Of a stretch of 64,000 nt of DNA, positions 50,006-59,342 are shown in pieces (the stretch's first letter is position 1; every line of letters begins with the position of its first letter). The DNA is from Thalia democratica. Its lineage: Eukaryota. The position numbers and the translations under genes were made by a program. The notes below the pieces were generated by a model. The model saw only the letters and a program-made list of their open reading frames with translations, was not told where the DNA came from and did not search any database. The stretch spans positions 76,384,001-76,448,000 of the forward strand of contig OZ241826.1 in assembly GCA_965202585.1 (NCBI GenBank), read 5' to 3'.

Positions 50006-50685
50006 CAGGCATGTATACAATTAAAAAAAAACGCGATTTTGTTTCAATTCTTTAGCTTTAAAAGACCCTGCTTTCTTAACTTTTAGTATTTTCATACTTA
50101 GTTTTGCCCTCCTGATAGATAACTTTGAAATTTAAACACTGTTAAGTTTATAATGTCTAACTAATTAAGCAAACTAAATATATTTCGATTATACACATTT
50201 AACTCAGCTCAGATTATCTTTATCAAAAAACAATGCATTTTAAAAGAATTTTAAAAGATACAGATTTTTTATATGTAAATTAAAAACCATGATTTTGCGT
50301 TGCTAAAAATTCACTTCAACTCGAGAACAACAAGACGGGTAGTTACAAGTTGAACTCGAGCAGGGACAACTCAAGCACGAGCAACTCAAGCAAAGACAAC
50401 TCGAGCAGGAGCAATTCGAGCACGAGCAACTCAAGCAAGGACAACTCGAGCAAGGAAAACTGGAGCAGGAACAACTCGAACAAGAACAACTCAAGCAGAG
50501 GAAACTTGAGCAGAAGCAAGTTGAGAACGGATAATTCGAGCAGGACTAGAACAGTTTAAGCTTGAAAAAAATAGTTATAATTATTAATAAAACGTAAATT
50601 ACACTGTACCTCCTATTACGTCATAATGCGTCGTTTTTGTATTTTGCAGATTTGTAACTTTTTTGAGCTAAGAAAGCAACACCTG
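50006..50685. mobile_element. 680-bp hAT-like element with perfect 8-bp TSD, carrying a 15-bp Gln/Glu repeat array
   Basis: TSD GTGCACAG at 49998-50005 and 50686-50693; CAGG..CCTG termini. The right subterminus (rc TAGCTCAAAAAAGTTACAAATCTGCAAAA) is nearly identical to the left subterminus of the 49096 element. Confidence 0.7.
50352..50546 (+). repeat. 15-bp minisatellite, 13 units, reading QLEQE/QLKQG/QLKHE in one frame
   Basis: CAACTC(G/A)AGCA(G/A/C)G.. units. The frame is open from 50343 to 50531 (63 codons) with no ATG. Confidence 0.85.
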
Positions 50686-53309
50686 GTGCACAGGTACTGC
50701 TTACTTCGGTAAACTTTACCAAAGTATACTTTTTTAACTAAGTAAAAAGTTTTACGTTTATTTAAACCTTGTTAACGATTTAATGTTTTTTTTTAATTTT
50801 GCAAGTTGTATAAGTAAAATTAAATCGTTCCACTACATTTGTGGACGAGTTAAGGAGAAAAGGATATAACACAAACCTCTCTTTAAAAAACCATTTAGTA
50901 TATAAACATGGATAAATGTTTATTATGAAAAAAAGACTTTATATACATAGATATATAACTTACTTAGTCTAAATGTAAATACAAACAGCTTGAAATTTTT
51001 ATATAAGCAAGTCTACAAAATTTTCGTTTATTTTATTCTCTTATAGAGTTTTTTTTTCTACGGGTTTATCGTTTCTTATTAGATCTCTTCTATTTATTTT
51101 ATTACAGGGGGCGTCGTCGATAATATTTTGGAAACTTTTATTGATTTATAAAAATATTCTCAAAAAAATAATTGTCAAACAAAGCGATGTCTCTACATTC
51201 CCTACTGGTTAATTCACCTAAATAGGAAGCTATAAATTTAAGTCTGTTTATATTTTAAACACTTTTTAGCACAGTTGTTTGTTAAAATTTGCTTCAGGCA
51301 CCACTAAAAAACTACTTAGAGTTAAGCTATGTTATTTTTTCGGTACACAGTACAAATAATAAAACAAAGCAAGTTTTCTGTTTTTTTTTGTAGTTTTTGA
51401 CTGTGTTTTTACAGTTTTAATGTTTCTTTTAAAGTTAATTTATGACAAACAAAGTTACTATTCATTTGTTTAAAACATTTATTAAAATTATAAATTTTTC
51501 ACCTTTTTAGACATTTTAAACAAAAATTTGAGACACAATTCGTTTAAAAATATTTTATTAAGCAAACACATGCAAGATATATTACAGCTAGCCCTTATCA
51601 ATTACTACTGTTATCAACTAATTTAAAATTTTAATTATGAGAAAGTAAACTGTTTAGATTTTGATTAATATTTATTAAAAGGTTGAGCAAAATTAACTAG
51701 ATATAAATTAATAACTTATAACTATATAACTATAAACTAATTATTGTTTTAACTAAGATAAGCAAACATACAAAAATAAATATAAAATGAAACATAAAAA
51801 CAAATAAAATAAAGTAAGCAATAAAATAGATAAAAAACAAATAAACAACTTATAGAGATTAAATTTACAAACGTTGCTTGCATTACTTAGGTCTAAACGT
51901 TTTTTTAAATAGAGCTTCAAAACGCCTAGATGTTATTCATTACGTGCTTTTCTTAAATCTGTTTAAAATTATACTTTTCGACTAAGACTAAGCCATTTTC
52001 TAGAAAACCTCTGAATAGAATTTATAAGGATGTCACCACCAATCTAGGAAAAAAATCTTTTAAGAATTTAAATACCACCGTGAAAGCGAACTCGTTATCG
52101 GCAGAACTTTCCAAAGATTTAATACAAGAAGAGACAAACATATATCAAAATCCCTTAGAAGTTGGTAAGACACTGGTTAGAATAAACCATTTAATAGGTC
52201 ACCTGCAACTGCTGAACACTTATTAAATAGTTGATAATGTGCGAATTTCCTAGTCATTCTTACTTCAAGCAAAATTTACAATATAAAAACATTTTAATGG
52301 CAAGAACATTTCATACAATACGTCTTTTTAGGTAGATGCTTAACAAAAGAAGTTCGCTTCCGCTACAACTTTTTTCATCTCTGAAAGCTGAATTAAATAT
52401 AAATGAATGAAATATGTAGAGACAAAATAAATTTTATTAATGCGTGGAGATAACTTTTCCATATATTTCAAATCAAGTAGCGCATATCTAAATGGATTTT
52501 TTAACATATTAATTATACAGTAGTTTTTTATTTTTATGATATCCAATTTTATATGAGCAGGGCATAAAAGTTTGTGATTAATCTTAGTAATTTTAAACTT
52601 AAGTAAGGAGGTTTAACTTACGAATATACTTTTTTTTACAGATTTTAACATGAACAAGAGCTTTTTATAAAGCTTATAACCAACAATTGTGTAAAAGAAA
52701 AGTTCTTAGAAACTTTGCTGGTTTTAATCAAGTATGAAGTCATTAAACTAATGAAACTAATTTTTTTTTAGAAAAAAAGTATTTATAACAATTACAAGCG
52801 TTTTACAAACAAAAGCTACAAATATTTGTTACTGATTTATGTGATAGATTAAAAGGTTTTTCCAACTGTAACGGTTTACTTGTTTTCATTGCACAACAAA
52901 ACGTTGAAAAGAAACTCTATTGGTTACAAAAAGTATGGATCTATGTACTGTAAATTTGCAAATACTTAGAAAATGTTTTTCACTAAAACTTTAACATTTT
53001 CTGAGATAGTATTTGATATTACTTTGAAGGTATTTTATTATTACTAACTACAAAGCTCTACTGAACCAATTTTTTTTAATCTAAAATATCAGTTATAAAC
53101 ATTATACAGACTTTGGTTAAATTCTTTTTAATGTCAGTTTCTACTTCGACTAATAAAAACCACAACTTTTTCGTGGAAGAAAGGATAAAATACTTCAATG
53201 TTATTACAACATTCAATTCAAAGCTACTACGCCATCAGGCTACACAAAGTTATTTTTACAAAAAAAAAATGTTCAAATTATTTTCAAAAGGAGAAAATAG
53301 CTTAACTGG

Positions 53310-53830
53310 ATGTCAAGTTCACTGCAACCAAACACATTTAAACCTGAAGTAGTTGGAAAAAGTACACAAAATCGTGTTCAAATACTTTTTTCGACAATTA
53401 GACTGCAACAAGAACTTGAAGAAACCAGACTGAACGCGTCAACATAGATCAGCGACTACTTGCCAGAAGACAGTTTGTTCCAATGGCAGGCCGCACTTGA
53501 GCGGCCTCGAACAACTTCATATGATAGCTGAATGTTAATATTACATTTAAGTGTTCCTTATATTTATCCTTTTGAGTCACCTAGAGTAATTTTCGGCACC
53601 AAAAAATAACTTTGAAGCATCAGTTTGAATGCCCTGGATGCTAACCGGACACCGTCTATAGCTGTTGAAAAAAAATTAGCTGGTCAATCCAGTCGTTTTT
53701 TATCAATCGCCACCCTGATGACTGTCTTGTGCAAGAAATAGCAGCTCAGAATGTCAACAATCGCGAAGAACACAACAAAATTTGCAGGGGATGGATCAAA
53801 AATTACGCAACAGAAAAAACTGAGTTGTAG
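53310..53830 (+). pseudogene. UBE2D-like: Intronless ubiquitin-conjugating enzyme (UBE2D/E-like E2) pseudogene
   Basis: IRLQQELEE..*..DSLFQWQAALERPRTTSYDS*MLILHLSVPYIYPFESPRVIFGTKK*L*SISLNALDANRTPSIAVEK [frameshift in an A8 run] ISWSIQSFFINRHPDDCLVQEIAAQNVNNREEHNKICRGWIKNYATEK. This aligns motif by motif with UBE2D (RINKEL, DMFHWQATIMGP, YPFKPPKV, SICLDIL, NPDDPLVPEIA, REWTQKYA). It has four in-frame stops, has lost the HPN segment and has Ser at the catalytic Cys position. Confidence 0.85.
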
Positions 53831-55568
53831 TTTTATAAAATAGAATAAATTACAATCTTTAATTTTTCTTCTCTTTTTGTTTTTGTTAAAAAACCATACA
53901 GTAGTAGTTTAAGTGTTTTTTATTGACTACAAAATCACCATAAACATACAAATTTGATTTAGTTTTGATACCGCGTTTTAAGTTCAAATATTGCAGGTAT
54001 ATTTTTATATTAGGATTTTACTTGAACTTTTGATTTTATGAACTAGTTGAGTATATTACTTTAGATTATTTTTAAGTTCTATTGATTTCAAACAATGCTT
54101 ATACTTTGACCTTTGTACAAGTAACAAATGTTGTTTATTTACATAATTATTTTTTTTTCCGTTTTATTTTTATTAGTTTAGAAAAGTATAATTAAATAAA
54201 AGGAATAATATTTGTAGTCTGCCATTACAATATAAAAAAAAAACAAAATCAAATACCATTTATGTATCACTAATTTTGCCATAATGAATTGTTGTGTTAC
54301 TTTTTTTGCGAAAACCTTAAAATATTAAACATTATCTAAATAAGTGAAATTTCATACAATGTTTTACAAAAACTAAATTTAAATTAGGTAAACTTAATTT
54401 TAGAACTTGCACTAAGTGTCTTTGATTAGCCAAATTGTGATTTCAATCATTTTGACATAAAAAAAGTTTAAAAAAATTAGATTTAGCAATGAAGTAATTA
54501 ATTTAATGCAATAATAACATGTATGTACTTTTGATAAGTTAAAACCTAAGTTTTTGATCACTTTATTTAGATAATTTAAAAAAAGTTCAAAGTTTTTTAA
54601 GCTTGATAGTGTTTTTAATTGTTTAATATTTTATTAGCCTAAAAGTTAAAAAAATAACAAAAATAACATTAGTACACGCTGTATGAGCTTAGTGAGTTTT
54701 TAAAAGCTTTTATTAATACTATTTCCCTTTTTTTATACTAAAACTTTTAATTTTTTCTCAACATTGCAATAATATCTTTTTTAAAACTCTTTAATTTATT
54801 TTCTTCATTAAAGTTGTGTTTATTTATAGTTACAGCTTATTATTATAAGAGATTATTTCCAGATGGTAAAATTTCAAGCATACAAGAAAACGTATAAAGG
54901 TTAAAGTCACAAAACAATGTAGTGCTATTGTAATCAGTAATATTTTTACAAAAAAAAAAAAAGACAGTAATAAAATTTAACGAAAAAAAATGTAGTATAT
55001 TATGTTGATAAATAATAATCAAACAACCTTTGTATTGCAAAGCATTTTTTTTTACTTGCTATAACACAACAAACTCATTTAACACAACATGCGACATTCA
55101 ATTTTGTAATAAATAGTTGCTCATAACAATTTGTCTACATTATTTTATTAATTTTAAGTCAAGTAGCTGTTTTTATGGTTGTCTATAAAAAATGAATATA
55201 CAAAAATGAATTAACGTATACTGTTTTAATAGTTACAGAATAGTATTGTTTGCGAAAATTTTGTATACATATATTTTAAGCAGTACATAAAGTTTAGGAT
55301 ATTCTTTACAAGTAAGTTAATAAACCTATCATAAAGTTATAAATAAGAAAATAAAAACTATATGGTAGTTGAATTTGATACGAAAAATTAAAGTAGTATG
55401 TACGTTTTTAACAACTCTATACGTATATGGCTCAAAAGCAGTTAATTATTTAGAAAAGCAATACTTATTAATTTATTCCTTGTTGCATGCTTAAGTTTTT
55501 ATATTTGTTTTTTAAACTCAAAATTTTGATAAAAAAACTAGCAAGTTATTCAAAAATATTTTCTTCAT

Positions 55569-57452
55569 TTAAATCTGATTTTGAAGAGGTCCGAAAACAA
55601 TGAGATATTCTGGAGTCATTCCGTTGGTGGATACGTAATTGGGTTCTCTGTAGTTACTATTGTTAGACAACAAATTTCCTGAAAAGTTTTGAAAAGATCG
55701 AAAATTGGGATCTTTGACGTTCCCAGTACTACCCTTAACAAGACTGCCATCTATTTTCCTTTTTTTGTTTTGTTTTTCAACTTCTACCTTTTCATTTATT
55801 TTTCTTATTGAAGAGACAAACACAAAGGAATATTGGTTCACAGAATTGTCATGGCTGCAATAATTCAGTCCTTTAAAAAATTCTTGAGTAATGTTAGTAG
55901 TTGCATGCAAAGAACATTTTGATTTGTTAAAAGAGTTGCAACAAATAGTGGGGCATCCAATTTTTCTACAAAGTTTCAGCGTTAAACACTTTTGTTCTGA
56001 ATATCCAAACTGAAGAACTTTCTTTGCTATTGTGGTATCTACACCGTTGAGATAAGCCAGTTTTTTATGTTTTTTAACACTTTTTACGTTTTCACGACTT
56101 TCTATTTTAAAAATGTAACAGATTTTTGAACCTAGCTCATTCTTGGCACCAACAAACGTGTTGAAAACAAACTGATATTCTTCGTCATTTTTATTTAACC
56201 TCTGTGTTCTGTACATATTCTCTTTTGTCTTTTCTGGTTCGTAAAGCCAGTCTCTTTTTAATTTTAGTTGCCGCATGGTTTTTAAAATTCGAAGCTGATA
56301 TTTTAAAATAATCTGGCTCAATTCAACTCGAAGAACGTTATTTGCTAGTACGTTCAACCTTTCTTTAACCATTTCCAGAGTGCAGCCTTCAAAAATAAAT
56401 GGATTGTTTTGTTTTGATAATTCGGTTAACAATTTTTCGAGTTTGTCTTTTGTTCCATTAAAATTACCAGAATTACAATATATGTATTTAAATCTGGTTA
56501 AATAGTAGTTAATTAACCAGTCTAAACCTATATTTTCTTCAAATTCTATCAAATAAGCAGGAGTTACTAAACCGTGGTGTGCCAAAACAACTTTACCTTC
56601 TTTATCACAAAATATACTGTTTTCAACTTCATTACATTCGCTCTCACTTTTATTTTGTTGACAACCTTTTTTAGTTTTTGAGTTGTGACCTAAACTATCT
56701 TTTAAAGCAGATAAATTTGTAAGGTTTATGGTTACAAATTTTGGAATTTTAAACTCTTGCAAAGTGGGTTCAGCTTTCGTGTACTCTTCGAATGTCATTA
56801 TTTTTTCAAGGTTCGACGTTTCGATCCGCTTCACTCGGTTAACAAACAAATACTTCAGCTTCTTAACCACATCACCATCTCTTCCGCAACAGCCGGCGTA
56901 ATCAAGCGCCACTCTGTAGTTGTCCGTGAGGTACAACCCTGGGCCGTAGCAGCCACTAACTGAAGGTTTGAACCCGTGTTCCAATATTCCCATAACATTT
57001 TTTGCTTTTGTGCCATGCAGCAAAAGCTGTTTGGACATTGTTTCGTTTACTTCTGAAACAGTTGGCACAACTTTGAATAACGTAAAGTTTTTATAATCAT
57101 GACTGCAGTTGTTTACAGAACCTTTGTGATTTAAGTGCAGCGACTTTTGCAACAACTTATAAACTTCATCGTTTTTAGTCAACATTTCAAGTTTGTACTT
57201 GAGGTCGTCGGAAAAAGGGATTTTGAATTTCGATGTGTCGTAGAAGTTGTTTAAGTGATCGACCAAATGCTTTACAAGGTTTTTAAAACTTTCGCTACAC
57301 TCGATCAACTGTTTCGCCGTCTTTTTTACTTGTTGTTCGTTTAAGTTGAGCATAAAGGATTTACATGACACATCAGCATATTTACACTTTTTAATTTTGT
57401 TTTCGAACGTTTTATCACTTTCAAAGTTTTCTACGATGGTCTCCATGCTCAA
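55569..57452 (-). CDS. Single-exon protein with tandem PARP/ART-like catalytic domains (domain 1 with H-Y motifs; domain 2 degenerate); first ATG at 57446
   Basis: 627-codon ORF. Domain 1: LLLHGTKAKNVMGILEHGFKPS..GCYGPGLYLTD...ALDYA...VTPAYLIEF. Domain 2 repeats the scaffold: YRTQRLNKNDEEY, IFKIE, YLNGVDTTIAKKVLQFGY, FVFVSSI, MTPEYLIVF. Confidence 0.85.
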   Translation of the reverse strand: MSMETIVENFESDKTFENKIKKCKYADVSCKSFMLNLNEQQVKKTAKQLIECSESFKNLVKHLVDHLNNFYDTSKFKIPFSDDLKYKLEMLTKNDEVYKLLQKSLHLNHKGSVNNCSHDYKNFTLFKVVPTVSEVNETMSKQLLLHGTKAKNVMGILEHGFKPSVSGCYGPGLYLTDNYRVALDYAGCCGRDGDVVKKLKYLFVNRVKRIETSNLEKIMTFEEYTKAEPTLQEFKIPKFVTINLTNLSALKDSLGHNSKTKKGCQQNKSESECNEVENSIFCDKEGKVVLAHHGLVTPAYLIEFEENIGLDWLINYYLTRFKYIYCNSGNFNGTKDKLEKLLTELSKQNNPFIFEGCTLEMVKERLNVLANNVLRVELSQIILKYQLRILKTMRQLKLKRDWLYEPEKTKENMYRTQRLNKNDEEYQFVFNTFVGAKNELGSKICYIFKIESRENVKSVKKHKKLAYLNGVDTTIAKKVLQFGYSEQKCLTLKLCRKIGCPTICCNSFNKSKCSLHATTNITQEFFKGLNYCSHDNSVNQYSFVFVSSIRKINEKVEVEKQNKKRKIDGSLVKGSTGNVKDPNFRSFQNFSGNLLSNNSNYREPNYVSTNGMTPEYLIVFGPLQNQI

Positions 57453-58912
57453 CTACCAGTAAAGGATAGTAAGTTTATTAATAAAGTATTAGCAATGATT
57501 TTATCTATTTGTTTTTAAACAGCTTCACTAGGAAAAAAGTAAATCGTTAATCAACAAATTTAAAGCTTCAAAAGTTTGATAAAAGTTTGTTTTTTACAAG
57601 TGTTACTAGCTAACAAGAATAACTGTTAAACCTTATGTTATAATTTAATAGTTTAATTACTACTGAAACTTTTTTTTAAACAAAACCAATTTATATAATT
57701 ATTAAATATGTAAAAAAATTATACAGCGTTTAGTTGTACCTCTCTACTTAAATAAGCACTATAATTTATAATCATAGAAACAAACAGTTTAAGCATCTCC
57801 AAAGTAGTTTGCGTTTAACTAATCTATCGTTTCATTAAGGAAGTTATTTATTCAGTTTTTGTAACAATACCTTATGACCACTAATTAGTTGTTGTTTGTA
57901 CTCAGTACAAGTATTTGTTATTAATGTAAATGTTTTCGCTGCTGTACAATCAATAACAAACCAACATTTTTTAATGGAGAAATTTTGACAATAAACATGT
58001 TTTAAGCGTTTTTCTATTATTTCTATTTCATAAGTATGGTAAGTATCAGACATGTTAAAAAGCTCTGCTTTGTTTACTCAAGCGTGAAATTACTAACTTA
58101 AAACAAACCAAAAATAAAACACTTCATTGCTGAATTACCATAGTAACTTTTAGCATTTTAACATCTCTGGTAAGTATGTATATAAAATCTTAAAGTACGG
58201 TATGTAGCTTAAAACAAAAACTAAATTTAAAAATATGGATAAAAAACAGCCAAAAGCCCTTTTAAATCTGTTTTAGAATATAATGAAGTTGCATTCATGA
58301 TTTCGTCTGTTAGATTGTCATAAGTAAATTTAAGAAAAAAAAATATTTCACATGTTTTCATCATTTACATACACAATTTGAAATTTAAAAACATGTTTTT
58401 GTTTTGTTAAGTTTCAGTGTAACCTTTAATTACTATATCATTTTTTCTCATAACTAGTTTTAATATAAAAAAGTATATTGTACTTAACATATTCAAACTT
58501 TAACAATACACAAGCATAAGAAATAGCTTTATTCTTGAAAAATAAATTAAAAAAAAGTTTTGCTTATTTAGCAGTGCCTAGAAGTTTTTATTTAAAATAG
58601 ATACCTTTACACCTATTTTACTTTTTGTGGTTGTAAATTTAATTAACACTTATTTAACAACTTATTAAACCATACATATGTTTTATAAAGTAATTGTTTT
58701 ATTAGTGTTTATCTGTTGTTTTGTTTTTTTTCTATTTATCTCCTTGGACCAAAATTGAAATTTCTTTTGTTACAAAACAAAAGTATAAACTTACTAAATA
58801 TAAATAGTGTATTAGAATAACACAATTTCAGCACTAATCATAAATACAATGTTTTAATAAGTAAACATGTATCAAACAAACTCCAAAACTATAAAAAATG
58901 TAAAAAAAATAA

Positions 58913-59342
58913 TCAGTGACTAAAAACGTTTATCACAACAAGCATTTCTCTCTGGCCAGGACAACTAATTCTGTAATTCTCTATGACGTCACAGAAAGCA
59001 ACATTCATGTCAACGTCAACATGTCTTCCGGAAAGAGCCACAAACGCTTGAACGCTGTCCTTGTGAGGAACAGTGGTGAATACCTTTAAAAAAAATCTTA
59101 ATTCATTTACAAAAACATTCTCTAATATAAAAAATCAAGAAATAATCAAAAAAAAACATTTTTTGCTCTATGACTATTTTAACGACCTGTCTGACGTAAT
59201 AATCGCACAGCTGGGTCAGCGTCCTCCGATCGCCGATGACGTGGTTGTGAACGAATTGGCACCCGGAAGGAGGCTGGTACATCCGGTAGATGGCGTTGTA
59301 CCAGTGGACCACACAGTTGAAAGACACTTGGAAGGGATCCAT
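58913..59342 (-). CDS. Two-exon 108-aa orphan protein, possible beta-grasp (ubiquitin-like) fold
   Basis: Exon 59342-59187 (ATG..AGACAG|gtcgtt) plus exon 59083-58913 (tttaaag|GTA..TGA), phase 0. Exon 1 codons are strongly GC3-rich like other genuine exons here. Protein: MDPFQVSFNCVVHWYNAIYRMYQPPSGCQFVHNHVIGDRRTLTQLCDYYVRQVFTTVPHKDSVQAFVALSGRHVDVDMNVAFCDVIENYRISCPGQREMLVVINVFSH. The fold call is inference. Confidence 0.65.

Noticed and set aside
50303-50559. Ser/Cys-rich (-) and Asn/Ser-rich (+) ORFs from the track
   Set aside because: Alternative frames of the 15-bp minisatellite. They are not metallothionein-like genes, and if any frame is meaningful it is the Q/E one.
58983-58992. CRE palindrome TGACGTCA
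   Set aside because: Lies within coding exon 2 of the 108-aa gene (C-D-V-I codons).
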